Of a DNA stretch of 64,000 bases, positions 1-10,163 are shown piece after piece. Every line of letters begins with the position of its first letter. The stretch's first letter is position 1. The stretch lies in NCBI GenBank assembly GCA_965205485.1, contig OZ242180.1, positions 2,848,001 through 2,912,000 on the forward strand. Reading direction: 5' to 3'. The translations under genes and the position numbers were made by a program. Below the pieces are notes generated by a model. It made no database searches and was not told the DNA's origin. It saw nothing but the letters and a program-made list of their open reading frames with translations. Source of the stretch: Candidatus Latescibacterota bacterium (GTDB lineage Bacteria; Latescibacterota; UBA2968; GCA-2709665).

Positions 1-1820
1 GTAAGATTAAGGTCTTTCTGGAACGGCGTGTGTTTCAGGAAGATTCCCAGAAGAACAATGCCCTGGAAACGCTGCATCAGGTCCGGCGACGGCGCTTCCT
101 CCAGGGCAATTTTGACGGCGTCGAGGGCGAGAGGTTTGATGTTTCTGGTACGGAATGTCTTTTTGGCCCATCCGGGAACATTGTCCCATACCTTCTCCGC
201 TTCGGTGTGGGGACTCTGGATGAAGACCATCCCCCCGTCGACAACGCCGGCCAGCGGATTGGCGGTGTTAAAGGCGTTCACATCGTTGAGCGGGACGAAG
301 TCCACGACTTCCAGCTCCGAGTGGGTCCGGATGTGTTCGTTGGCCGCGGTAAGGTAATAGGTGGTGGGCAGACCCTTCTTTTCCGACCCGTATTTAGGGT
401 AGGCCTGGACGTGAAGCCCCAGGTTCGCCAGCAACGTGGCAATAACCTTGTTCGTCGTAACGGAACCGTATCCGCCGATCGAGTGCCCGCGCATGGCGAA
501 GGCGCCGACTTCCCGCGTTCCGGGATCGGGCTGCCTATGAAGGGCCAGATCGTGTTCGATATTGAGAACGAAGAGATCCTTCCGGCGGGGTTCTGCGGCC
601 TGCATATTTCTGACCGTGGCAATGAAGTCGCCCGGCCGCACGTCGCGGCTACCCAGCCCCGCCATGCCCGAGAGAATCCTGGGAATGCGTTCGATCTGCG
701 GATAACCGTTCGAGCCGCAAACGGCATCGGAGAAGGCGGACTTGATTTCGGCGGTAAGCGGATTGGACTGCGCAAGGGGGTTGTCCATGCGTTCCACAAT
801 GGATATCGCCTTTGCGTGTTTCAGGGCTTCGACAATCTCGACGCCCGGGAACGGGCGGAACGACGTGACGTGAAGGGCGCCAACCTTGAGATCTTCGGTC
901 TCCCGCAACCAGTCGACGGCCGTGAGCGCGGTTTCGAGCATGCTTCCCATGCCCACGATGACGTATTCGGCGTCTTCCAGCCGGTAACCGTCGATCATGC
1001 CGTAACGCCTTCCGGTCATCCGGTAGAATTCGTGCATCGCCTCCTGGAGATCATTGGGCACGCGATCGTAGAAATACCGCTGGGCGATCTTGCCCTTCAT
1101 ATAGCTGTCCTGGTTCTGCACAACGCCGCTCATCATCGGATTGTCGACGTCCATGAGATTCTGAATCTTGTCTTCCGGGCGTCCGACGAAAAGCTTCATG
1201 AGTTCGGGCTCGATGGCCAGGACGTTCTGTACCGTATGGGTTGTGAGGAATCCATCCTGCACGACCATGAACGGTGTCTGGGAGGCTTCCGCGGCCCGGC
1301 GCGCGATGAGCGTGGTGTCCATGACCTCCTGCGTGTTGCGTGCGAACACGATGCCCCATCCGCAGTCGGCAACGGCCATGACGTCGTCGTGGCCGGCGTG
1401 TACATTGAGCGATTGCGACGTGAGCGCGCGCGCGCCGATATGGAAGACAGCCGGAAGACGCTTTCCCGAGATGGTGTACAGCACCTCTTTCATCAGAACG
1501 AGGCCCTGGCCGGAGGTGAAGTTCGTGACACGGCCGCCGGCCACGGAAAAACCCTCGGCCGCTGAAGCCGAACTGTGCTCGGACTCGGGTTCTATGAAGA
1601 TCAGGGTGTCGCCCCAGAGGTTGACCCCGCCGTTGGATACGACCGCGCTGTATTTCTCGCCCAGAATGGAGGAAGACGTGATGGGGTAGGCGCATGCACC
1701 CTGGCTGATGTGTTTTTCGACCCAGATTGCGGCATCGCCCCCATCGCCCACGTCGGGGATACCGGGAAACGGGAATTCACCCGGACGTCCGTCAATCTGT
1801 ATTCTGGCGCTTTCCGCCAT
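1..1820 (-). CDS. Pyruvate:ferredoxin/flavodoxin (2-oxoacid:acceptor) oxidoreductase, N-terminal part; runs off the left edge
   Basis: Translated manually from ATG 1820 (RBS AAAGGAG upstream): MAESARIQ...GACAYPITSS...EPESEHSSASAAEG...NFTSGQGLVLMKE...HIGARALTSQSLNVHAGHDDV, the PFOR domain I motifs. Absent from the ORF track, presumably because it has no stop in the window. Confidence 0.9.
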   Translation of the reverse strand, partial: MAESARIQIDGRPGEFPFPGIPDVGDGGDAAIWVEKHISQGACAYPITSSSILGEKYSAVVSNGGVNLWGDTLIFIEPESEHSSASAAEGFSVAGGRVTNFTSGQGLVLMKEVLYTISGKRLPAVFHIGARALTSQSLNVHAGHDDVMAVADCGWGIVFARNTQEVMDTTLIARRAAEASQTPFMVVQDGFLTTHTVQNVLAIEPELMKLFVGRPEDKIQNLMDVDNPMMSGVVQNQDSYMKGKIAQRYFYDRVPNDLQEAMHEFYRMTGRRYGMIDGYRLEDAEYVIVGMGSMLETALTAVDWLRETEDLKVGALHVTSFRPFPGVEIVEALKHAKAISIVERMDNPLAQSNPLTAEIKSAFSDAVCGSNGYPQIERIPRILSGMAGLGSRDVRPGDFIATVRNMQAAEPRRKDLFVLNIEHDLALHRQPDPGTREVGAFAMRGHSIGGYGSVTTNKVIATLLANLGLHVQAYPKYGSEKKGLPTTYYLTAANEHIRTHSELEVVDFVPLNDVNAFNTANPLAGVVDGGMVFIQSPHTEAEKVWDNVPGWAKKTFRTRNIKPLALDAVKIALEEAPSPDLMQRFQGIVLLGIFLKHTPFQKDLNL

Positions 1821-2139
1821 GACGGTTCTCCTTTACATTAGGCAATCCGCGACGTGGATGCTGACGACGGTATGCCGCCGGATCCACAGTCGGGCGCGAT
1901 ACAATTTCATAATATGGATAATAAGTTAAGCTAAATCCAATTGAATGGAACAGACTAAATATAACTCAATCTAACAGGGTCTGCAAGCGCTGTTTTTGAC
2001 GGTTCCTCTGACGGATTGCAAAAAAGGAAATGATGAATTGCAGCGGACGGTCGTTGAATCCGCTTGCCCGATTTCCGGCGGCCGTCCATATTCTACGTCA
2101 GACCAAATCACGTGTACGCTCGAAATACGGAGGCAATCG

Positions 2140-2451
2140 ATGCCGGCACTCAGGTACGACGGCGGGGACCCCGCCCGCGCGCTTGCGTATTTCCGGGAAC
2201 ACCGCGCGGAAATGCGGGCGCTGCGCCGGGTCTTCGTGGGACCGGAAGGCGCCACCGTAAAAGACATCAACGGCGAGGAGATGTTTCTCAAGGGACTTAC
2301 GCTGGGCCAACCCCTGCTGGAATCGCTGCTGAAGCTGGCAGGGGCCTCCTACAATCCGTCGACCCTGCACGACGGGCCCCGCGGCCGAAGTCCGATCAAG
2401 GAATTCGAGATCGTCAAACAGGATCCGTGGGGGCACGATCGGGTCCTGTAA
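2140..2451 (+). CDS. Hypothetical protein (~103 aa)
   Basis: GGAGG RBS before ATG 2140; divergent from PFOR; no recognised motif. Confidence 0.5.
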   Translation: MPALRYDGGDPARALAYFREHRAEMRALRRVFVGPEGATVKDINGEEMFLKGLTLGQPLLESLLKLAGASYNPSTLHDGPRGRSPIKEFEIVKQDPWGHDRVL

Positions 2452-2467
2452 GAGCGAACCCGGGGGC

Positions 2468-3505
2468 TTACCGCCGATTGGCATCAAGCCAGGCCAACTG
2501 GCGGACTCCGGTGAATGGACCGATTGTGTTCTGCAGGTCGCCGATTCCGCCGAACGACATCCGGACCGTGTCGTTTACCTGAAGGCCGCCGGGCAGATCG
2601 TCTTCCGAAAAGACGATGGGGGTACCCCAGTATAACAGTTGAAGTGTCTTTTCAGCCAGGGGCAGTCGACCGAACAGTGACCGCTCCAGGTGGAAGAGCC
2701 GGTCGGGCATATTGAGATGGCTTTGCCCGGTGCGCCCCGCCTTTCGGGCGATTCGATTGTCGTCTCGCAGGATTTCGCACGAGACGGCGACGCTGGCGTC
2801 GTCGAACTCGGAATCGGTCACCAGAACCGGCCCCAGGCTGGCGCAACCGCCGTGCCAGTTCTTGGCCTGGGGAAGATTCAACGGATTTTCGGCCTCGATG
2901 CCGTTGTCGGTATAGTCATTGCCGCCCGAAAAGCCCAGTCGCTCGACCTGACCGTGCGTATTCAGACCGTAAAGCGTGACGAGTTCGGTTTCGGGAACGA
3001 GACGCCGGGTGTCGTCCGGGCGGGAGATGTGTCCGCGATGTCCTGCAAGCGCGTCCGCGTCGGTCTTCGCAAAAAGTTCGGGTATGCCGCCCTGCGCGCA
3101 TTCCCGGTATTTCTGATCGTAAACGTTAACGTCGCCTCCGGTAGCCTCTTTCGCTTCGGTTTCCCGCAGCCTTGCGCTGTCCGCATGGGTCACGCCGGCC
3201 AGCCAGACACGCAGCCGGTCGGGTTGGCCGGGCGGCGGGGTTACGGGCGGGATCAGGTGCGGCCACCTCGTTGATGGATTGTTGTTCATCAGGTCGGCAA
3301 GGCTGTAAGCACCGGCGCCGGAGGTGTCGATGTCCGCGACCACCCGGTCCAGTCCGGCGACGTCGCCCCCGTGAATGAAGTAGAGGTCGTAGACCGATTC
3401 GGGACTGGGCTCGCACGCCGTCAGGTCCAGTACCACGTCGTTTTCAACCAGTCCGAGGCGCAAAGGTTTCGGGGCGGACGGATCGCGGAATTGCACGAGT
3501 CTCAC
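2468..3505 (-). CDS. Fumarylacetoacetate hydrolase-family protein (2-keto-3-deoxy sugar acid dehydratase-like)
   Basis: PELFAK, VPETELV, GGNDYTDNGIEAENPLNLPQAK, SLGP; GAGGAGG RBS before GTG 3505. Confidence 0.75.
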   Translation of the reverse strand: MRLVQFRDPSAPKPLRLGLVENDVVLDLTACEPSPESVYDLYFIHGGDVAGLDRVVADIDTSGAGAYSLADLMNNNPSTRWPHLIPPVTPPPGQPDRLRVWLAGVTHADSARLRETEAKEATGGDVNVYDQKYRECAQGGIPELFAKTDADALAGHRGHISRPDDTRRLVPETELVTLYGLNTHGQVERLGFSGGNDYTDNGIEAENPLNLPQAKNWHGGCASLGPVLVTDSEFDDASVAVSCEILRDDNRIARKAGRTGQSHLNMPDRLFHLERSLFGRLPLAEKTLQLLYWGTPIVFSEDDLPGGLQVNDTVRMSFGGIGDLQNTIGPFTGVRQLAWLDANRR

Positions 3506-3593
3506 GGAAAACGCCTCCTCCTGCAATGCAATAGATGTGCGCGAAAAATCTTCCACTCGAGGCGGAAATTGCGCTCATCTCTGGATTTTCCGC

Positions 3594-3622
3594 TTGAATC
3601 TACACAATTAATCGTGTAGATT
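3594..3622 (+). promoter_or_regulatory. vapBC promoter (TTGAAT-17-TAGATT) overlapped by a perfect inverted-repeat operator
   Basis: AATCTACAC (3597-3605), 8-nt spacer, GTGTAGATT (3614-3622). Confidence 0.7.
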
Positions 3623-3646
3623 AATGTGTAAACACGGAGGTATACA

Positions 3647-3847
3647 ATGGCAACCAATCTTGCGCTTGACGACGCGCTGATCGAGGAAGCCCGTCGCGTC
3701 GGTGGGCACAGAACGAAGAAGGCTGTTGTCACCGAAGCGCTGGAAGAGTATGTTCAGCGTCGCAGACAGCTACAGATACTTGGCCTTTTCAATACGATCG
3801 ACTACGATCCGGACTTCGACTACAAGATACAGCGGAATCGGGAATGA
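3647..3847 (+). CDS. vapB: Type II TA antitoxin, VapB family
   Basis: MATNLALDDALIEEARRVGGHRTKKAVVTEALEEY; ATGA overlap with the PIN gene. Confidence 0.9.
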   Translation: MATNLALDDALIEEARRVGGHRTKKAVVTEALEEYVQRRRQLQILGLFNTIDYDPDFDYKIQRNRE

Positions 3848-4284
3848 AGGTACTGGTGGATACGAGTGTCTGGTCACTATCGCTGAGGCGCAAGGTCGTT
3901 TCCGAACATCCTGTCGTCGAGGAGTTCGCTGAGCTTGTCCGGGAGGTTCGGGTACAGCTGATCGGACCGGTCCGCCAGGAAATTCTCTCCGGAATTCGTT
4001 CGCAGGTTCAATTCGACGGACTTCGAGGTCGTCTGAGGGCGTTTCCGGACCTCCGGCTCGAGGCCCCCGACTATGAATGCGCGGCCGAATTTTCCAACCT
4101 GAGCCGAAGCCGGGGTGTTCAGGGATCGAATACAGACTTCCTGATTTGCGCTGTATCACACAGGTACGAGATGCCGATCCTTAGCACCGACCGCGATTTT
4201 CTTCGGTACAGGAAATATCTGCCGATCGAACTTCACGCGCCCCGGCGGGAAGCGGGTATTGAACGCGATGCTGATGCAGGATGA
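3844..4284 (+). CDS. vapC: PIN-domain toxin VapC
   Basis: VLVDTSVW, QEILSG, TDFLICA, STDRDF acidic PIN motifs. Confidence 0.9.
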   Translation: MKVLVDTSVWSLSLRRKVVSEHPVVEEFAELVREVRVQLIGPVRQEILSGIRSQVQFDGLRGRLRAFPDLRLEAPDYECAAEFSNLSRSRGVQGSNTDFLICAVSHRYEMPILSTDRDFLRYRKYLPIELHAPRREAGIERDADAG

Positions 4285-4816
4285 AATGGCCGGGCTCGGA
4301 CGTCGGTTTCTCGCCGTGGTCATCGACATGCTGATGTTGAAGCTGCTGGACCTCCCGCTCTCCCGGACCCTGAGAGAGGTCACGCCCTCGCCAATTGCGG
4401 CGCTGGTTCTCGAGTACGGGATCACGCTGGTCTATTGTACCGTCTTTCTCGCGCGCAGGGGACAGACGCCGGGCAAGATTATGACGAGTCTGAGGGTCAT
4501 CTCCGCGGATGGCGGCGCGATCGGGCGGGCCCGGGCACTTGTGCGTTCCGCGGTGAAGTGGACGCCTTTGTTCGCAATTCTGATTTTCCTTTCCGTCCTT
4601 AACCCTTATGCGGAGCCCCATCAAGTGGCGTTGGATGCCGGACGCGTCCTGACGCCGCCTCCTGATTTCGATGCCGAACGTTCGCATCTCTGGTCGATCG
4701 TCCTTTATTCCGGTTCTCTGCTCGGCCTTGCACTCGTCTGGATCACGCGCCGTCATCCTGACCGGCAGGCGCTGCACGACCGTATTTCCGGCACACTGGT
4801 GATGCGAGTCGGGTAA
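4268..4816 (+). CDS. RDD family membrane protein
   Basis: AGLGRRFLAVVID, GQTPGK, RQALHDRISGTLV. Confidence 0.85.
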   Translation: MLMQDEMAGLGRRFLAVVIDMLMLKLLDLPLSRTLREVTPSPIAALVLEYGITLVYCTVFLARRGQTPGKIMTSLRVISADGGAIGRARALVRSAVKWTPLFAILIFLSVLNPYAEPHQVALDAGRVLTPPPDFDAERSHLWSIVLYSGSLLGLALVWITRRHPDRQALHDRISGTLVMRVG

Positions 4817-4924
4817 TTCGACGGATCGCGGAATCGCGCGGACGTTCGATCGATAAGGAATTGACTCCGGGCGCGGCGTCTGCCTGCCTGCATCCGTACG
4901 GGGGCGCCCTCCTGCGCTGTGCCT

Positions 4925-7333
4925 CTATCTCCGGCGAGGGGGCGACGCGATCCGGAAAATGCTGTCCCGTTTGATGTTACGGTCGGCATTCATGTCCTTG
5001 ACCGTCATGTGCAACGAGTAACGCCCCGGGTCCGCCTGTCCCAGGTCCAGTTCGACAAAGTCCGAGACCGAGGTTTCCGTACCCGTCTGTTCGTACCGGA
5101 CTTCAATGGATTCGCCGTCTTTCCGGATTCTGGGCAGAAACGTCCTGGGGGATCTGTCGCTTGTGGACTTGGAGATGACCTCGAACGTGACTTCGTATCG
5201 GGTGTTCCCGAAGGCGTCTCTTTCGAGATTGTAGACTTCGAAATAGACAAAGACGGATTTGCCCACGTAAAACGTGCGGGACGGCGCCGGAAGAATGTCC
5301 CAACCCTGTCGTACGAATTTCTGGTTGGTTCCTTCACGGGCTTCCACCACGTTCTGGGCGATCTGGATATCGCTCATCATGAGTTCCCCGCCGCGATAGT
5401 CGGGCAGTTCAAGCGTCTGCTGATAGACCTGGAGCATGTCCGTTTTTTTTCGCCAGGCCTCCACGGCGAGCTGATAGACGCCTGGCGCGGCGGCGATGTC
5501 AACGCGGTCCAGCGCCAGGAGGCTCCGCCCCAGGTTGGCGTCGGTAACCGGCACGGCGAGGTCGTCACTCCGTTTGTGAAGTCGGCCTTTGCGGCTGTCG
5601 ACAAGCGCGACTCGTCGATTGACGACGACGGTCGTATCGATGTCTTCACGCCTCGCTACATTGTCGATGGGCAGGCCGATGTTGAGTTGCAGCTCGGTTT
5701 TGCCGTCAAGTCCGCGAAATGAAAGGGCTTCGTAGTAATAGTCCAGCGGTTCGAGCGCTTCGAAGGCGTATCGTTCGGGTTCCTTGCTCGCAACTCTTGT
5801 CATCCGCGCCGCGGGAGCCATGGCGTTAAGCCGGTTGACCATGTTGCGGAATGGGCCGCCGCGGCTTTGCATGTTGTATTCATTGATATCTTCCGGGCCC
5901 ATGACAGGTTCCGGAGCGTAGTCGAAGTTGCCCGTATTGAACTCGTCCGTGAAGGCGATTTCAATGCCGCCGTCGATGTCGACGTAGATCCAGACCGCCC
6001 AGGGTACGGCGGACCAGTCGCCGCTGGAGGTAATGGGTTTGTATCGTTCCAGGCCGACCGCGGCCTCGTCGATCGTCTGAATGGGCTGCGAGGTTGCGCG
6101 GACCTCGGAGTTTCGCCACGTATTTTCCGAGGCCTGTGCGGAACGAATGGGGTAGACGGGACCCACGAACGTCAGGGCCAGGGCTCTGTTTCCATAGAGC
6201 TGGTGGGCCATGCGTTCCTGAACGCGCTGGACATTCAGCGGCATCTGTGCGTTCAGTTCGCGCCAGCTGGATCGGAAGTCCGGCTCGCCATAACGAATAT
6301 AAATCTCTCCCCGCCGGTCGTACGGGAATCTCTTCTTACCGAAGAACGTACGGGCATACCAGACCCGGCGGTAGTGCTCTGCGCGGCGCATCGCGCCGGC
6401 GGATGACTTGAAGGGATCTTTCCGGAGCCAGAAATTGCGAAGGAATGCCTCGCGCGTCTCCGTCGTCGTCGTCCGGTAGGCTCTCACTTCGTGGGAAAGG
6501 CCAACCAGCGAAATGTCTTCGAAATGGGCCTGTTCCTCAGGAGTCAGGCCGTCGATATACTCTGAGAAGGCATCCAGCGCGCCTTCATAATCGCGGTCGG
6601 CCATGAGCGCCTGGGCGACAATAGGCAGGCCTCGCGACCCGCCGAGCCGTTCCGCGATTTCCCGTGCTCTATCGAGTTCCTTCTGTTTGAGGAGTTCAAC
6701 CGCGAATTCATAGGCCGCGGTCTGGTCGTTGGGGCGCTGTTCGAGATAAGCCTTATAAAACGTAAATGCAGCGCGGTTGTTGTTTTCACGCTGGTAGAGT
6801 TTTGCCAGAAACAGGTATGGCGCCGCGTAGTTCGGTTCGACCTGGATGCTCTTGTCCGCGGCTCGCCTCGCGGCCGTGGTCTTCCTGGATCGCAGGTAAG
6901 CACGGGCCATCATGTAGTGGGCTTCCGCATACGTGGAATCCAGGTCTACCGCCCGTTGCAGCGGGACGAGCGCGGCTCGGGGTCTGTTCCGGAGTTCCAG
7001 CAGGACCTCGCCCAGGCCGAGATGAGCGCCCGCCAGCGTACTGTCCTTTTCGACAGCGCCATAGAAGGCGACTTCCGCGCTGTCCGCCTCCTGCAGGCGC
7101 ACGTAAAGATTGCCGATACGGATCAGCATACCGGCAGGATGGGCGATGGAAGGCAGGGCCGCGTTAAGCCTGGAGACGACTTCGCGTACGTCTTCCATGC
7201 GTTCCGCGGATTGTCCGCGTGCGTAAAGGGAATCCGTGGACGTCGGCGTCAGCGGGAAGACCGCGGACGGCAACAGCAGGAATGCGATGCACATCGTGGC
7301 GAAACGTGTCGGTACGTGTTCAACGGAGCGCAT
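4925..7333 (-). CDS. Exported TPR + GWxTD domain protein
   Basis: Signal-like N-terminus, TPR-like repeats, FWLRKDP...EHYRRVWYA...DRRGEIYIRYGEPD; start uncertain. Confidence 0.8.
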   Translation of the reverse strand: MRSVEHVPTRFATMCIAFLLLPSAVFPLTPTSTDSLYARGQSAERMEDVREVVSRLNAALPSIAHPAGMLIRIGNLYVRLQEADSAEVAFYGAVEKDSTLAGAHLGLGEVLLELRNRPRAALVPLQRAVDLDSTYAEAHYMMARAYLRSRKTTAARRAADKSIQVEPNYAAPYLFLAKLYQRENNNRAAFTFYKAYLEQRPNDQTAAYEFAVELLKQKELDRAREIAERLGGSRGLPIVAQALMADRDYEGALDAFSEYIDGLTPEEQAHFEDISLVGLSHEVRAYRTTTTETREAFLRNFWLRKDPFKSSAGAMRRAEHYRRVWYARTFFGKKRFPYDRRGEIYIRYGEPDFRSSWRELNAQMPLNVQRVQERMAHQLYGNRALALTFVGPVYPIRSAQASENTWRNSEVRATSQPIQTIDEAAVGLERYKPITSSGDWSAVPWAVWIYVDIDGGIEIAFTDEFNTGNFDYAPEPVMGPEDINEYNMQSRGGPFRNMVNRLNAMAPAARMTRVASKEPERYAFEALEPLDYYYEALSFRGLDGKTELQLNIGLPIDNVARREDIDTTVVVNRRVALVDSRKGRLHKRSDDLAVPVTDANLGRSLLALDRVDIAAAPGVYQLAVEAWRKKTDMLQVYQQTLELPDYRGGELMMSDIQIAQNVVEAREGTNQKFVRQGWDILPAPSRTFYVGKSVFVYFEVYNLERDAFGNTRYEVTFEVISKSTSDRSPRTFLPRIRKDGESIEVRYEQTGTETSVSDFVELDLGQADPGRYSLHMTVKDMNADRNIKRDSIFRIASPPRRR

Positions 7334-7488
7334 TGGATTCCTTTCGGTATCGAACGGGCCGGAGCCGGAGTTGCCCACTCGAGGACAGGGCGGTTTTCCC
7401 GCGGATAAGCGGCAATTTTCCCCCGTTTTACGCCGATTCGGCCGAAATGTTTCAAGTTTCTGCATACCCCGGAATATCCGCTTTCCGC

Positions 7489-7517
7489 TTGACAGTGCTG
7501 GTGGCGGAAGGTATACT
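7489..7517 (+). promoter_or_regulatory. Sigma70-type promoter for the clc gene
   Basis: TTGACA-17 nt-TATACT. Confidence 0.65.
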
Positions 7518-7555
7518 CAGGCGTCGAAGTCAGATTTGCCCCCGGCGACCGGCAA

Positions 7556-9369
7556 TTGTCAAAAAGCGACCCAACGGTGGACGTTGATCCCTCGCCATCA
7601 GAATCGACCCCCCTCAACGCGGCGAAGCGCATTCGTATCCGGATCGCTCGGTTTTTCCCCCGGTTGAACCTCAGCGAACAGACCATCCTGATCAGTCTGG
7701 CCATTGTTGTCGGCGTCGGCTGCGGGGCGGGATCGGTGCTGTTTCAGTGGTTGCTCGACGCGGCGCACAGGCTGCTGCTCGTCGATGCGCCGGAACTGCT
7801 GGGCAGGTCCTTTCTGTTTCCCCTCATTCCTGCCATGGGCGGCCTGGCCGCCGGCCTGATCGCTTACTTCTATGCGGTGGAGGCGCGGGGCCCCGGCGTT
7901 GCGGAAGTCATGAACGCGATTATCACCAGGCGGGGTGTGATTCGTGCGCGGGTGATGGTTGCAAAGGCGTTTGCTTCCGCATTCACAATCGGATCCGGGG
8001 GGTCGGCCGGGAGCGAGGGGCCGATCATCCAGATCGGGGCCGCATGGGGCTCCACAGTCGGCCGGCTGTTCAGATTCTCCGAAGCGAACCTGAAGACACT
8101 GATTGCCTGCGGGGCTTCGGCCGGGATTTCGGCCATTTTCAACGCGCCGATCGCGGGCGTGCTGTTTTCACTGGAAATCATCCTGGCGGATTTTACGATT
8201 GCGGCCTTTACGCCCGTGGTCATTGCTTCGGTGATTGCGGCAGTCGTTGCAAAGGCCTATATAGGAGAGCGCCAGGTATTCGAGGTGCCGGATTATCAGT
8301 TCGTAAACCTCCACGAGCTCGGTTGGTACGTGATTCTGGCCATTTTCGCGGGTGTCGTCGGCGCCTTCTTCATCAGGCTGCTCTATGCCACCGAAGATCT
8401 CTTCAACCGGCGGGCATTCGGGATACCCGCGTGGCTGAAGCCGGCCGTCGGCGGCGCGCTGGTGGGGCTGATCGGCCTGGGATGCCCGCCGGCAATGGGC
8501 GTGGGCTACGAGATTGTCGGCGCCGCGCTTCAAGGACAGATTCTTCTGCCCATGCTGGGTCTCCTGTTGGGATTGAAGCTGCTTAGCACCTCGCTGACGG
8601 TGGGCTCCGGCGCTTCGGGCGACTCTTCGCGCCATCGCTTTTCATGGGAGCTACGCTCGGCGGCGCCTTCGGCCGCCTCGCCCAGTCCTGGCTGCCCGGC
8701 GTCATCAGCCCCCCGGGCGCATACGCGGTCGTGGGCATGAGCGCCTTTGTCGCCGCGACGACGCACGCCCCATTGACGTCATCCCTGATTATCGTTGAAA
8801 TGACCGGAAACTACCGTCTGATTCTGCCGTTGATGTTCACCACCGTTCTGGCTGTGGTCATGGCGCGTGTGATCGAGCGTGAGTCGATCTATTCGCTGAA
8901 GCTCCGGCGCCGGGGCTTGAATATACATCAGGGACGGGATCTGTCGGTATTGGAAAAACTACCGGTCTCGGGGATCGTGCGCACGGACTATGACTTTATC
9001 AGGGAACACACCCCTCTGCGCGAGATTGTCGACATGATCGGCCGCAGCAATCTGCAGGACTTCCCACTGAAGGACGACGCGGGCCGGTTCAAGGGCATGA
9101 TCTGGTTTCACGACATTCGGGAAGTGATGCTCGAGTACGATATGCACGCGCTGCTTATCGCCGAAGACGTAATAGGAGAGCCGCCGCCCGCCCTGGTGCC
9201 CACGAGTTCGCTGGCCGACGCTCTCGTTCAATTCTCAAAAACGGATGCGAATACGCTGCCGGTATTTCGTTCGGATTCCCGGGAGGAACTGGAAGGGATT
9301 ATCACCCGATCGGACCTGCTGCGCAGTTACGAGAGGGAACTCCTCATCCGGGGACGGCCGGCCGGATAG
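7556..9369 (+). pseudogene. ClC chloride channel/transporter with two C-terminal CBS domains, split by a 1-nt deletion near 8621 (true pseudogene or assembly error)
   Basis: GSGGSAGSEGPIIQIG motif; inserting one G near 8621 restores GSGASGGLFAPSLFMG and joins ORFs 7556-8740 and 8644-9369. Confidence 0.85.
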
Positions 9370-9589
9370 ACGGCACCCGGGCTTGTGCCCGGCCATGTCC
9401 GACCCCGCATGGGCGCCGCCGTTTTCCACGGCATTCGTCAACCGTCCCGACATTGGCGTATCCCCCTGTTTTTTGTGCCTTTTCCCTTGACTACGAACAA
9501 GCTATGGGTTATTTTTCGCTTCGCCGGGCCTGGCTGTACAGGCGTCGGATATTAACGGTGGTTACGGGGTGTTCGCGGGAGACGCATTC

Positions 9590-10051
9590 ATGACCCTGAT
9601 GGAGATTCTTTCAGGCAGGTCGGTAATCGCCGGGTTGACGGGCCGGAACAAACGGGAAATTCTCAAGGAACTGGTCGATGCCGTAGACAGCGATAAAGTC
9701 ACCGATCGACAAAAGGTCCTCGAAGCGGTGCTGCTTCGCGAGGAAATCATGAGCACCGGAATCGGTCATGGCATCGCCATACCGCATGGCAAGTCCGAGT
9801 TCGTGAGCGAACTGGGCGGCGTACTGGGCATCAAGCGGGAGGGCGTCGACTTCGACGCCCTGGACGACCAGCCGACCTTCATCTTCTTCCTGCTGGTGTC
9901 ACCAATGGACGTTTCAGGTCCGCACATCAAGGCGTTGGCGCGTATCTCGCGCCTGCTCAAAGGCGAGGCGTTTCGCCGACACCTCATTGAATCGGAAGAC
10001 AGTGAAGCCCTGATCACCTGTATTGAAGAAGAAGAGAAGCTTCATTCCTGA
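9590..10051 (+). CDS. PTS sugar/nitrogen-regulatory IIA component
   Basis: REEIMSTGIGHGIAIPHGK (phospho-His), GVDFDALD. Confidence 0.9.
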   Translation: MTLMEILSGRSVIAGLTGRNKREILKELVDAVDSDKVTDRQKVLEAVLLREEIMSTGIGHGIAIPHGKSEFVSELGGVLGIKREGVDFDALDDQPTFIFFLLVSPMDVSGPHIKALARISRLLKGEAFRRHLIESEDSEALITCIEEEEKLHS

Positions 10052-10074
10052 TGGAACCTTTCGGGAGGAACCTC

Positions 10075-10107
10075 AGCCTGCGATCAATTGAGAAGCAGGC
10101 TATTTTT
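10075..10107 (+). terminator. Probable intrinsic terminator
   Basis: AGCCTGC...GCAGGCT stem followed by ATTTTT. Confidence 0.5.
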
Positions 10108-10163
10108 GTATGTGAACCGGATCCCCGGTTTCATAGCAGGTTCTGTTTCCGGGTCTGATCGTC

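Noticed and set aside
30..1565. 511-aa plus-strand ORF
   Set aside because: Antisense shadow of the PFOR gene on the minus strand, which carries the real motifs.
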